Part shown: positions 14,073 through 27,275 of the stretch, in pieces
Layout: each line of letters begins with the position of its first letter
How positions within the stretch are numbered: position 1 is the stretch's first letter
NCBI GenBank assembly: GCA_001724265.1
Contig: MEDY01000139.1
Location: 1 to 64,000 of the forward strand
Reading direction: 5' to 3'
Length of the DNA stretch: 64,000 nt
Origin: Rhizaria sp. SCN 62-66
Lineage: Eukaryota
Program-made: the position numbers and the translations under genes
The notes under the pieces: generated by a model
What the model was told of the DNA's origin: nothing
Databases searched by the model: none
What the model saw: the letters and a program-made list of their open reading frames with translations, nothing else

Positions 14073-15270
14073 ATGGAGTTCATCAAGGACCTCGTCTCGG
14101 TGCGCCAGACGGTCGCGTCATCGCTTTTTACGCTTGTCTCCAACGGCATGTACGCGCAGCGCGCTGCCTACTGCGCCGGTACGCATTCAACAAAGCTCTT
14201 TCACTTCATTCGTAACTTCCTTCGCCTCATGCACCTGTCTCTTTGGCTGACTCCACCAACTCATATCTTCGCCCACATAACGTTATAATTCGGTTTATCT
14301 TTTGTATTTTTATTATCCCATAGAGCCCCCGGCTGCGTGCCCTCGCTCCAAGGCTGCTGCTGAGGCTGCCGCCGCCGCCGCTGCCCCCGCCGCCGTCTGC
14401 CCTGTCAAGCACACCGCTCCCGCTGCTGACGCCGTCCCCGCCGCCCCCGCCGCCGCTGTGTGCCCCGTCAAGCACTCCTCGGTTCCTGTCACGACCCCCG
14501 CGACCGACGCTGCGGTCTGCCCCGTTCGCACCCGTGCCGCCGCCGCCGTTGCCGGCACCCACGGCAGCGACGCCCTCCTCGCCAACGCCAACAGCGCCGA
14601 ACCCGGTGACACGGCGGACCGCTTCGTGCGCGCCGTTGGCGCTAAGGCGCGGTCCGCGGCGAACGCGTCGACGGAGGACCTGAGCAAGATTGCGCATGCC
14701 GACGAAGTTCCGGGCGGCCGCATTCCCGCCACGGGCCGCGGCAACTCGCAGGACGGCGCCGACTGGGTAAACCCGACGCCCAAGGAGCTGTTCCGCGCGC
14801 TGCGCCGCAAGGACAAGCACATTGACGAGGAAGACGCGTTCTCGGTTGCATTCGTGCACTCCGTCGTCGTGGACCAGACGTGGGACCAGATCATGGCCTA
14901 CGAGGCGCTCCATGCCGACGAGTGCTCCGACCCGACGCTGAACCGGTTCGAGGGCAAGTACGGCGACCACACGATCAAGACGAAGCTGACGCACTGGCTG
15001 TACCCCTCGGTCGAGTGCTTCGACCGCCACGACTGGTACGTCAACCGCTGCGGCCGCGAAGTGCGCTACATCATCGACTACTACTCGACCCGCAGCGCAC
15101 CCACCACGGCCACGGTCACCGGCCCCGACGGGAAGCCCGTGACGGTGGAGGTGCCCGCCGCCGAGGAGGAGTACTTCATCGACGCTCGCCCCGCGCCCAC
15201 CGTCGGCGGCATGGTTGACCGCGCGCGCATGGCGTGGAAGCGTTGGCGCAATGGAGAGCAGGTCTGGTGA
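14073..15270 (+). CDS. HCCS: Holocytochrome c synthase (cytochrome c heme lyase); exons 14073-14178 and 14324-15270
   Basis: N-terminal CP/CPV heme-regulatory motifs (x4), WVNPTPKELFRALRRK, VHSVVVDQTWDQIMAYE, FDRHDWYVNRCGREVRYIIDYY, IDARPA. Intron 14179-14323 (GTACGC...CATAG). Ends at TGA. Confidence 0.92.
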
Positions 15271-15626
15271 GTCTGCAAACAGAGTCAGTCTCTGCGTCGA
15301 CACTGACTGGTGCTGTTTGACACGATATATATCACTATGGCGCTAATAAGATAGGTTGGGGTATTTAAGTTTGATTGTTTGGCTCTGTTATTCGCAAATA
15401 TACAATTGCGCGTAAACGTGTATTCGTTCGATAATACGTAATAAACAATGACAATAATGACAATAGTACTGAGAAGCCTTTCCTTCATAGGAAGCTTAAT
15501 TGTAGTTCGATTAAGCAATAATCAAACTTAAAACTAGGTTCTCTGCACATACATTAGGACTTAGCAAACAAATTGCTCGCCAATCGTGCATTGATGATTC
15601 ACTGTCTTTGGCAGATGACGCGCGAG

Positions 15627-16169
15627 TCACTTGAGGCTCAACGTTCGGAGTCTAGTGGGCCACGTTCCCTTGATGGCATCCTCAAAGGTCTTGCTGTGAC
15701 ACAACGCCTCCAGAGGCTCGAAAACGTGCCCACGCGTTGTAGTCGCCGTCATTGCCGCCAGTGCAGTTGTTGCCGTCGCCGTTTTAGACGGATGGCTCGA
15801 GCAGCGTTAACACTGCGCCCAGGTGCGACTGCAACAGGTCAACCGCGGCCAATGCATTGTCGCGCGGAGCCACAAGCGCGGCGTTGAACGTGTCGTCACA
15901 GCAGTTCTGCGCAGTCACCGCCGCGAGCGAGACCAGCGAGGCGACCATGTCGGCGTACGCGCTCTCGGTGCCGCACGGCAGCGTGCCCAGTGCGCACTAT
16001 CGTCATCGCCACCGTCACAGGCAGTCTCAGTCTCCACCGCGGCGTCGCTTGCGCTGGGCAGCAGAACGGTGACGCAGCTGCCCAGCGCGAAGATATTCAA
16101 TCGGCTACGGTGGCTTCGATAATGCCATCTTCGTTCTGTTTTGTGTTGGCGAACTGGCATGTGCCTCAT
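15627..16169 (-). pseudogene. Possible degraded coding relic
   Basis: GC-rich island between AT-rich spacers. Protein-like segments lie in three different minus frames (ETETACDGGDDDSA / ALGTLPCGTESAYADMVASL...LEPSV* / GHVFEPLEALCHSKTFEDAIKG), separated by frameshifts and stops. Confidence 0.25.
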
Positions 16170-16429
16170 CCTCCGTTACAGAAGCTTAAGCCACAATATC
16201 AGTTGGATCATAATATTTTTGACTTATTCCCGTAATTATACATCACGAATTCCTTCCTACACTCATATGCACGTCTTTCGAAGTTAACACGCTCCTCACC
16301 TTGATCTTCGTCTCGCCCTCCCACTGCCCAACAGGTCTACCTCGACGAACAACGATCCGAAAGCACTAATAGTAAATTGGCTAGGTATACATACTGTGAG
16401 TGCGCGTTGCGCCATCCATCCGACTGACA

Positions 16430-19400
16430 ATGGCACAACGGCCGTTGTCATTTCAAATGTTTCTCCAGGACCGGGTACGCCAACAAGCCAGGTCTCACTC
16501 TCTCTCCATGCGCTCTCGAACGTATCTAAGGAAACAATTGAAACATCGGTTCGATTCATAAGCCAATAGTGATCGTAATTTCCCTCCGCTTGCCTTGTTG
16601 CCTTTGTGTTGATCCTAACATAGTCTCATTGCTTGTCGTCTTTTGCTCCACCTTTTTCCTGACCCATTGTCTCAACTCGCCAGCCTGCGTTGCAACACAA
16701 AGACGAGTCTCTACAAGACCGCGTCTACCGGTCCTATCTCGAGGCGTTCTGTTTGTCTAACCCGGCCGCGGTGCCCATTGCCGCGCAATACCTACATGCG
16801 CGCTCGTCTTCGTCCTCGGCCCGCACCAGCGCCGCGGCCGCAGCCACTGCAGCAGCTCAAGCAGCCAAGGCCGCGACCGCGAAGGCCGCTGCTGCCGCGA
16901 ACACCGCCGCCCCCAAGGCAGCCGCCAAGCCCGCTGCCGCCGCTACCCCGGTGGCGAACGCGGCGGTCAGCAGGCCGCCGCGCCTGGTGACGCAGTCCGA
17001 CCTGTCGCTCGGCCGCATCACTGAGGAAGATGCGGTTACGGTGCCGGCGTCGGTCACGGCGCCGGTGAGCTCGACTGCACCTGCGACGGCGACGGCGGTT
17101 AGTGGCAAGCAGGGGCAGGGCTTTGTGCTGACGTCGGCGCCGCCGTCGCCGCCGCAGCTGCAGCCTAGCGGCGCAACCGGTGGCACCAGCGGCAGCGGCA
17201 GCACCACCAGCGGCAGCGGCAGCACCACCAGCGGCAGCGGCGGTGCCAGTAGCAGCGGCGGTGCCGGTAGCAGCGCGGCCAGGCCTCGAAGCGGCGGCCC
17301 TAACGCCCCAACAAGAACAGCTACGCCAACGGCAACGGCAACGACAACAGCGTCAGCGGCACTTTCGCCGTCGCCATCGCCGTTGTCGTCGTCGACCGGC
17401 TCTGTGCAAGCCGCGCCCGGGGCAGCAGCACAGTCGCCGTCGCAGTCGCAGTCGCCGCTACCGCTGCAGGGGGGCGTAGCCGACGTGACCGGCATGGCTT
17501 TGGCAACAACAGCGTTGTCCGCTGCTGCGGCAACAACGCCGCCGAGCGTGCACCACTTGACCGGAGCGGCGATCACCGCGGCGACGACGACAGCTGCGAC
17601 AACAGCTAGCAGCAGCCACAATGCGCCGTTTCAGGCAGGCACGCCGCCCCGTACACACGCCCCGCAGCCGACAAGCACCGACACCGCCGCAGTCACTGAC
17701 ACGGCGCACAGCAGCAACAGCAGCCATGTGTTCGCGTTCCCGAACCCCTCAGCGTCGACAGCGACGACGACGGCGACGGCCACCGGCTCGACCGCGCAAG
17801 TCCTTGCGCAGGCCGCGGCGGTTGCGGCTGCGGCGGCGGCGCTGGGCGTTGTCCCCACTGGCACAGGTGCGGGCGGTGCGTTTGAGTACGGGCAGTTTAG
17901 CGTCACGAAGCGGCTGCCCTCCGCAGTAGCCGCGCTGGCCCCGGTGGCCGCGCCCGCGAATATCGCCGCCGCTGGCCGTCCGACTGCTCAACAGCAGCTT
18001 TACCAGCAGCAGAAGCAAGCGAATGTGGCCGGCGCTGCGCCCTCGCAGAAGACTGTGCCGGCGTACGGCTACGACGACGTGGGCGCCGTGACGAACGCGG
18101 TGGCCCGGCGCACGGCGACTGCAGCTGCCGCTGCCGCTGCGCATGCGCACGGCCACGCGATCGCACCGGTATCTGCCCACGGTCAGCACTCCAGTGCGCA
18201 CAGACACACCGCGCATGCGAACGCGGGCGTGGGCCATGCCACCGGTGCCCACGACCACGGCCACAACCACTTCGACGAGGACCGCGACGACGCTGTGGGC
18301 GGCCGCGGCCACGGTGGCGCCGGCGCCGGCGGAGTGCGACTGAGTGCACGTGAACAGCGGTACCAGGACCGGCTGCTGGCGAAGCGTTTTGCTGCGCCGA
18401 CGGCTGACACCGCTGGCCGCGGGCAGCTTGCTGTTCATGGTGGCCGTGGGACGAACAATGGCGCTTTGAGTGCTCCAACGGCATCGACCGCGAGACCCAA
18501 GCATGTCGTCAGCGACAGCGCGCCTCCTGCGACTGCGGATGTGGACGCAAATGCTGTCGTACACGATATCCTGGCGACGCCACCGCCGCACACGCGCCAC
18601 GGCCGCAGCCACGCCCGCTCTCCAGCGAGCTCCCACGGCGACAACGCCGCCGCTGCCGCGCACTCCGCCACGCACTCCGCCGCGCAGTCCGCGACGAACT
18701 CGGCGCGCGGTGTTTTTTTTCGCACGCCGTCGCGCACTCGCAGCGGCGGCAGTCTGGCTGCTGCGACGACGACGGCGGCGCTCAACAACGCGATTGCCGC
18801 CGCTGCCGCTATCGCGAGCAATAACAGCGTGGCAAACGCCGATGGCCAGTCTAGAGGCGTGCATACGCCGAGTCACTCTGGTGCGAATGCGAGTGCCGCG
18901 TACACGAGCAACAGGATCAGAGTCCCTGCAGCGGACACCAGCGCGCCTGCTTTCGATCTGTCTCACGGTAGGCAGTCTCCTAACACGGCGGTGTCCGTCA
19001 CATCCAATGGCAATAGCAGCAGCAGCAGCAGCAGCAGCAGCTCGAGCGCCGCCGCGGCCGCCGCCGCCGCCGCGCTCTCGCAAGGCCACATCGGATCCCC
19101 GTTTGCCTCCGCGTCCCCACAGCACAGCGCGCACGCGCTCGCCGCCGCGGGGACGCATTCGCCTCTCTTCCCGCAGCCCGCCGCGCAGTCGCACGCGCAG
19201 GGCCAGCTGCTCGCGCAGTCGCTGCTGGCCCAGTCGCAGTCGACGCAGTCGCCGGCGCTGGTGCCGCGCGCGCGCCGCGGGTCGCTGTCGGTGGCCCACC
19301 AGCACTGGCTGCAGAAGCTCGCGCCGACGCCCGCGCCGCACACGCCCACGCCGCCTCTGCAACAGCAACAACAACAAGAGCGTGAACAGGAGCAGGCGTA

Positions 19401-22400
19401 CGAGTCGCTAGCGCTGCGCCACAGCGACAGTGGCGACATCCTGAGTGCGAGACACGGCACTGCAAACAACGCTCTGGGCTTGTCTTTGATCACGAACGAT
19501 GTCCAGCACGACTCCGGCGCTGCGCATCAGTTGCCGCGCCAACAGCTCTTGCCCAGTCGCAGCGCCAGCGGCAAGCTGCACCCACATCCGCATCCACACT
19601 TGCACTCGCACGCGCACCCGCACGCACACTCACATACGCACTCGCACGCGCACGCGCACGCGCACGCGGTGCCGCTGTCGCTGAACTCGCCGGCGCTGCT
19701 GTACGTGCCGTCGCCGCTCAACGCGGCCATGCTGCCCCCGCTGCCCCTGCCGGCGCACATGCCGCTCTCGGCAGCGTCGACGAACGCGCTTCCTGCCCAC
19801 AGTCACGCTATTTCGACCAGTGCCACCGGGAACAACAATGCTGCCGCTGCCGGTGCTGCCGGCACGCCGCCGCTGGCGTCGCGCAGTGTACACTACACTG
19901 GTGCGGCGGAGTCCGCGTTTGACAGCGGCCGCGCGCTGGGCGGCAGTGCAAGCTTCCACACGACGATCGTCAGTGGTAGTCTGACTGGGCGAAGCGGGGC
20001 CAGCGGCGGCATGAAGCCGTCGGCCTCGTTTGGAGCGCTGCACACGCTTGCCAACACTGGCCACGGCCACATGCATCACGGACACAGCGATAGCCGTGCC
20101 AGCATGAGCGCCATCCACGGGCTGAAGCAACACCACCACCAACAACCACAGCTGCAGCAACAGCAGCAACAGCGCGCGAGCGACACTGCGACCGCAGCGT
20201 ATTACGGGCACCGGAGCAGGCAGCAGCTGCCGCCGCACCAACCGCGGCTGCGCGCGAGCGGCAGTCTCTCGCGCACGCGACTCGGCGTGCACGGCCACAG
20301 CCAGCTTGCGGCTGCGGCTGCTGCGGCCGCGTCGGCGGTCGCGCTCGTCACACCAACTGCGGCTGCGAACGCCAATGCTGTGAAACTGCAGCCGGGCGTG
20401 GACACGCTGAAGCCGCCGAGGCGTGCGGCCGACAGCAGCAGTGAGAGCGAGTCACGGCGCGCTAACGGCTACGAAAGCAGCGACGACGATGACGATGATC
20501 ATGAGGGTGGCGCGTACAGCTACAGTCACTCACCCGTCTCTCTGTCCTCCGCCTCACTGGCGTCATCACGTGCGTCGTCGCCCGAGCTCACGCAGAGCCA
20601 CTCGTCTGCGTCTTCGTCGTCGCTGCTCTCGGCCTCGGCTGCGACTGGCGCTGACTTGGGCGTCATGGCAGTCGTCGGTTTGAACCGCCAGGCCTCGCTG
20701 CGCGCGTCAGCGGCCCAACTGCAGCATCAATCGCATCCTCGCTCCTTTTACAGCAGCAACGCGCTCGACGCCGACAACGAAGGCGACGCTGTCGTGGCGC
20801 TGTCCACTGGCGTGCACGGCGCGAGTCCAGTGTACGTGCCCGCGCTGAGTGTGCGCAGTGGCAAAACGCGATCAAGGCTGCCGCCCACTGCCTTTGTGCA
20901 GGGCTCGCCGTACACTCGCGCACGCGGCTTAACTTTGGGCAGCATTAGCGGGCAAGCAAGCTCTGAGCATCCCGGCGATTCATCGCTGTCTTTTGGTGTC
21001 GCGCACAACGGTGGCGCTGATGTGTTGTCGCCGCTACCGACTGCAGCTGTGCCCGAGACACCGGGAGCCGACGTCTCGACAGTTGCGCTGACATCGGCAG
21101 ATGAGAAGCGTCAGGGCCATCAGTTTGGCACTGACGAGCTTGACGCCGGTGAGCACCCGCTGCCGCCAGCGGCCTCTGCGGCGACGCCGGCCGGTGCGGA
21201 GCGCCTGTTCTATCTGCTCATGACGCGCAACATTACAACAGCTGCGCACTTGGGCGATTTATCATTCTTCCACACGCTTGCCGCTCAGTGCCAGTCTGCG
21301 ACGACGAGCAGCAACGCGAGCGACAAGAGTGCGGGCGCGACAGAGACCGAGTCGTCTAACCCGCTGCTGAAGACCAGCGCGCTGCCGCTGTTCTCGGAGC
21401 TGATCAACCACCCCGACCTCGACGGCCGCACTCCGCTGCACGCGGCCGCGCTCGAGGGTCAGGCCGCAGTGGTGCGCTATCTTCTCGCGGCCAAGGCGCG
21501 CGCTGACGCGAGCGACCGCTGGGGCCGCAGCGCTGCTGACGACGCGGCGGCGCGCGGCCACACCGATGTGCTATCCCTGTTGCTGCAGCACAGCAACAAC
21601 AACGCGGGCGGCAGCGACCGCGCCGCTGATATCGAGGCTCTGCTACCCGCGGGCGCGCAAGCTGGCGCTGCTCGTGATCTGACCACGGGGAGCGAAGCCT
21701 CGCATCCGGCCTTGTCCGCAGGCGAGAGCTTGAGTGATGCTGCTGCTGGAAGCGGAGTGACTGTTGGTAGTGATACATACGCGGTCGTTCAGCTCGCGAA
21801 CACCGCGGGCTTTTCTGGTGACACGAGCAACATGACGATCGCCGCTTCGGTCAACGACAAGCTGCATCTTAGCGGCGTTCTTGACGCAAAGACGGGTGAC
21901 GCTGTCCCACTCATCCCAGACGACCGCAAGAAGGCGGATATTAGTCAGAAGCTAGTGACCAAGACATTCACCAACGCGCGCGCCCAGGCCGGGCTCACGA
22001 GTGTTGCTGTCCACGGTGTTCCTTTGCTATGCACAGACTGGACGCTTTCAGCACAGCCCGCAGCTGCGCCGACTGAGAGTCGCACTGCAGCGCTGCCTGA
22101 CTGGCTGCCTGCGCGCTTCCAGCCGTAGTCGAGGACTGACAGCGATAGCTGCGACCAAAGCGACAGTGTGCTCAGGACAGGGAAAAAGACTCGCGCTGCC
22201 GTCGTCACTCTGGAGGTTGAGGAAAGCGGCGTTGGCGCCGGGTCAAAGTATCAGGCCCGCCGCGGGACAAAGGGCGCCCACCGCTCGGCCGCAGCCACAA
22301 CGACCACAACGCAGAGCAACACTGCGGACACGGACCTTGACGAGGACACCACCAATACGGAGTCGGTCATTGGCAACAAGAGTGCAGATGCGAGTGCGAA

Positions 22401-25400
22401 TGAGAAAAACAATGGTAGCGAGTCAGCGATGCCGAGTGCTGACACGGAGGCGGACATGCGTCCCTGGCTTGCGCTTGACGCCCCTACAGATTCACAGGCG
22501 CACTCTGCTCTTGACGCCCAGCTGCGCACTCTCGGTGGGTATATTCACCCCCGTTCTCTCTTGCCGCATTCCCTCCTCCCGACCAGCAGCGATGGGCGAT
22601 GCTGTGCGCGGTTTGGCCGCGTCGCCGGCGCAGTGCGCGCCGCAGTGAGTGCGATCACCGCGCAAGTCGTGGTCTCATCCGGCGCGGACTGGGGCGAGGT
22701 GTGGTTCCCTGGCGCGCCCGTGAAAGATATTCGTGATGGCACTTATGCGAAACCGCCCGTGCTGCATCGGTGCACGCACATCTCACAAACGGTGGATCTG
22801 GAATCGCTGATTATGCACGCGTCCGCACTGAGTGACAACTCTTCGAACAGCAATGATGCGAGTGGCAAGGGTCATGATGTTGCCTGTGTTGACTCCGTTC
22901 ACGCCCACTTGTCTGGCTGCGTAAGCCACCAACTTGTCGGTCAGGCGCTGCTTAGTGCGTCCCCCGATGCAGTCGCGCAGTGCCAAGAGGAGCTCGTTGC
23001 ACTGACGGACACACTGCACGCGAGCGCTGGGCCACTGACAGCGCCGCTGCAGCTCGCGCCCGTGCCCCGGTGTCGCGAGTGTGGTCGGCGCCGCAAAAAC
23101 CCGCGGTGCACGTGCAAGAACATCAGCGCCGGCAGTAGTGATGACGAGAGCAGTGATTTTTTTGACTTGTCGAGCAGCAGTGACGATGAGAGCAACAACG
23201 AGTTCAAAGCTTTGCAAATACAACTGCGGCGCGCACCGCTGCCCACACAGGGTGCACATAGCGCTCTCCCAGTCACGCTGCCGACCGTCACTGCACTGCG
23301 CCGCAGCAAGAAGGTCTACCTCAAGAGCTTTGAGGCTACTCAGCCCGAGGTCAAGCCGCAGCGCGCCCTGAAGGCGTTTACAACTTGCTGTGAGCGTGCA
23401 CTAAAGGACCGTGAGCCAGCGTTGAGTCGCGTTGGCACTTACACCGCGTCTGCGTTATCACTGCGCACGTATATGGATCCGAACGCGTCCGCTCTGGCCA
23501 CGGCCCTCGCAACGCTGAATGGTTTCAGTACACCCAACATGGACTCCTCTCAGTTGGATTCCACTGCGTCATCTCTAGTTGCAGTATTATGCCTGTACAC
23601 GTTACGTGCGCCAACACAGCCGCTGCCGGGCGCTGTGACTAGACTCCAGCGCTCACTCACTGCGGCGGCGCACGGCGCGAGCTGGTGCTGTGACCGTGTC
23701 TCTGCTCTGCTGGCGCTGACTCTTGAGGAGAAACAAATGTTTTCATACGCAGACGGTCTTGCACGCGCAGTAGCGTCGCTCGTCGTTCCCGTTGCTGTCG
23801 CCACGTTTACCAATAAGACCAACAAACCCGCGACTGGCGTCCTTGGTGAGAGCAAAGATGACGACGGGCCTGCTCAAACTCACTCTCACAGCTTCTCGCC
23901 ACCTCCAGCATTCACGACTCTGGCGAACGCAGACAACAACATCACTGACTCTAACACACGCACCAGCGCTGCTGTGGTCACTGACGTATTCCGCGCAATC
24001 AGCACGCACCCGACGACGACCAGCTCCACATTCCTAGGCGCTCTGCTCGACGCAGCGGCACACATCGCACCGACGCCGACTCTCGTCGCGGGGCTCTGGC
24101 CGCTGGCGTGTCTCGCGCCCGCAGCAGCGACGGACCCGTTGTTTTTTTGGGCGACCGGCGCAACCTCTGAGGAGCACCGCGCCGCGGCGCGCGTGTTACC
24201 TGCACTGGCGGCCGCCGCGCCGCTGCTGCGCGCACTTGGCGTCTGGGACTCCGGCCACAGCAGCGCGGGCTCTGCGTTGAGAGACGGCAAGGACGCGGAG
24301 GCGCATCAGGGGCTCGGCGAGGTGCTGATCGAGGCGCTGGAGTATCTTTACGCTGTGTCGCCGCTCGAGGCCGCGGCGGCGCGCGGTGGGCACGTGCACG
24401 TGCGGGATATGGCGCAGAAGTGCCTAGCAATGCTGGCGCTTGCGGGACTGCTGCCCGGTGTCGACTTGAAGTATCTGTCGGAGCCTATCGTTGCGAACCC
24501 GGCGATCACGGCGTGCATCACAAACAGTGACATCAAAACTGCTGCTAATGAAAATGGGACGAGCAATGACGCTGCTTCAAGCAGCGAGAGCAAGACTGAC
24601 TCCAAGAGTATGGAGAGTGCTAGTTCTAGCGCGAGTGCGAAGAAGACAATTGCAGCGATGATGCTGAGTCTTGAAGAGGACTTGAACGAGGAGCCACAGG
24701 CAGTGACCACCGATGCTCTGCACGACTCACTCACTCTGCCGAAGCTTCCCGAACGCAGTCCATCGAACAACAACAACAGCACCAACAAGTACATCACGAG
24801 CCCGAGCAATGCAAATACGGAAGAGTCCGCAGCAACTGGTGCTGATGAGCTCGACGATCTCGGCTTTTTTGGGCTTACTCTTCCAAAGCTCGGCAAGCCC
24901 AAGGCAAGCACCAATACGAGCGCAGCGACCAGTACAGTTGCGTCTGGAGCTGTCTCCCCGCTCTCCAAGACCCTTAGCGCCGAGCCACAGACCCAGTCGC
25001 CTCTCGCAACATCGTCGATGCAGCAACAAACCGTAACCACATCAACTGTTGCCGAACAACAACCTCAACTTAAAGCTGCGACAACGCAAGACACATCAGT
25101 CGCGGTGAGCACAGAGCCCACCGTACGGCCGCTGTCCGCGCTCATCGCGCTGGCGTGCAACAGCCCCGCCTTTACCAAGTACCTCCACACACCCTTCTTT
25201 GGCCCCACGCGACCCAGTCCCGCCTTCCGCGCTCTGCTTGCTGGCCACGAACTCGCCGCAATTGCGGCCGATTACGCCGCCCTATCCCCGGCGGTCAAGA
25301 CCGCGCTCCGCGCCCGCGCGCGGCCCGAGCGCTTTCCCTCAGTCGGCGACTGGGACACATACGCCGTGATGGACTCCAACGCCAACGCCGCCAGCAACGG

Positions 25401-26067
25401 CGGGGGCTCCGGCGGCGGCGTCGACTGGGACGCGCTCACCGACGGTATCAACGCGCTCTTGGCGCCCACAGCGACAACCAGCGCGGCGCAGGCGGCCATT
25501 GCCAGCGCCGCGACGGTAGCGGCGGCTGCGAAGAAAGCCGCCGCCGAAGCGCGCGCTAGCGGAGGCAGCTATGCGCAGGCGCTGGCGGCCGCGACTGAGG
25601 CAGCGTCGGCCGCAGCACCGGCGGAAGGCTGCTACAACCCAACTCTTGTGCGCCTGCATCCCGAACACCTGATGTCGCTGCACGCAGCGCTGTCTCTGTC
25701 CACTGACGTAGCGCCGGCGACGTTCCGCCGCGCGTCGCTGGTGGGCTCGTATCGCTTCTACGCGCACTACCGCACGTTCATGCCGTGGAGCGAGGTCGCG
25801 GCGGCCGTGGACACGCTGTGCGCGACGCTGCGGTCGCCCGCGATGAGGCGCTTCGACCCTGTGGTGCGCGCCTTCTACTTCTTCTCCGTCTTCGTCTACT
25901 TTATCCACCCCTTTGAGGACGGAAACGGACGGCTGGGACGGCTCGTATGCAATGTGCTGCTTCGCGCGGGCGGGTATCCGTGGGTGGTCGACGTCAACGA
26001 TAAAGTTGTCACGTTCCATTCGCTCGTCGCCAAAATCATCGCACAGCCCTTGCCAGACTTGGCGTAA
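16430..26067 (+). CDS. Giant ankyrin-repeat / Fic-domain (AMPylase-type) protein, ~3140 aa, with one in-frame TAG at 22126-22128; exons 16430-16474 (tentative) and 16684-26067
   Basis: ORFs 16690-22128 and 22168-26067 are in the same frame, separated only by a TAG and 13 sense codons. Ankyrin repeats DLDGRTPLHAAALEGQAAVVRYLL...DRWGRSAADDAAARGHTDVLSLL (~21238-21585). Canonical Fic motif HPFEDGNGRLGR at 25906-25941. Ends at TAA followed by AT-rich DNA. Confidence 0.8.
17185..17240 (+). repeat. Coding 21-bp tandem repeat (TSGSGST), about 2.7 copies
   Basis: The unit ACCAGCGGCAGCGGCAGCACC is directly repeated. Confidence 0.7.
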
Positions 26068-26540
26068 AAAAATAACAGATACGAGTTTGCTTCTGGTCTT
26101 TTGCAATTTATTGTTTAAGTTTGTGGTTGTTTTAGTTGTTAATCTCATGTGTATTATTTGTTACTTTCATAATCAAAGAGAATTGTGCACAAAGCACGCG
26201 GATCAAATGTTATCACGTCTTTAAGATCGTGTTATTGTGTGGCACCAGCACCAAGCAAGCAACCTTTCGTCAACTTCACCAATGTACTTAGTCTTTTGTT
26301 TGTTTGTCTTATTTGCTTTGAGTTATATTAGTCCCCCCTGCCTCTTGACGTCGTCATTACCTTTTCTGTGCTGATGATGAACATCAGTTCATAAGTATCG
26401 GAAATTTCAATATTCAAATTATACAGAGCCAAATTATGTGCATCAAATCCACCTTCCTTCCAATCGAACAGTCTGCGCTTAGTCATACTTAGCGAGCCAC
26501 GTCAAGCGACCTGCTTGCAGTAAAATTGCATTTAGCGCGC

Positions 26541-27243
26541 TTACATGTACTCGTAGCCGTCGGACATGGACTCGTTGGTGCGCTCGAGACCGTCGTCGTC
26601 GTCGTCCTGGCCGTCGTCGTCGCCGCTGTGCTCGTTGTCCTCGCCGCCCATCCGCTTGCCCGCGCCGGTGATGGCGCTAGTGTAGGTGCCCTTGGGCGTG
26701 CCGTCGGCGTTGGTCGCCGGGGCGGCGGCGCGCTTCGGGATGGGCGTGAACTCGAACTTGAGCTGCGCGCTCTCCTGCATGCCCGTGACCGCGACACCGC
26801 GCGCCTTGACGCCGGAGGCCGCGAGCTTGGCCAGCGCGGCGGGGTCTGCGCGCACCGTCACGCGCGTGTCGTTACTGAGCGTGCCAGCGACGATGAGGCG
26901 CGAGATCTGCGTCACGACGTTGCGCTCAAGCCAGCGCTTGAGCGGGCGCGCGCCGTACACGGGGTCATACGCCTCGGCCATGACAACCTGCACGGCCGTG
27001 TCGTCGAGCACGACCTCGACGTTGCGCTCCGCAAGCCGCTCCGAGAGCCCGGCCATCTGGAGCTTGATAATCTGGCCCATGTCCGTAGCCGAGAGCGGCG
27101 TGAACACAACGATGTCGTCCAGGCGGTTCAGGAACTCGGGACGGAAGTGGCCCTTGACCTCGGCCAGCACGGCGGCCTTGGCGGCCTCGGCGTTGGTGAA
27201 CTTGCCCGTGCGCGCGTCGATGGCGCCCAGCAGGTGCTGCGCG

Positions 27244-27275
<32 letters not shown>

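Noticed and set aside
16500-16570. GGTTCGATTC tRNA T-loop-like motif (possible suppressor tRNA)
   Set aside because: The flanks do not form a T-stem or cloverleaf, and it lies within an inferred intron. No tRNA was recognised in the window.
22090-22128. TAG 22126 as an intron acceptor (CTGAC lies upstream)
   Set aside because: I found no GTACGY donor nearby, the upstream sequence is open coding-type DNA, and an earlier CAG would be reached first. Disfavoured, but not excluded without cDNA.
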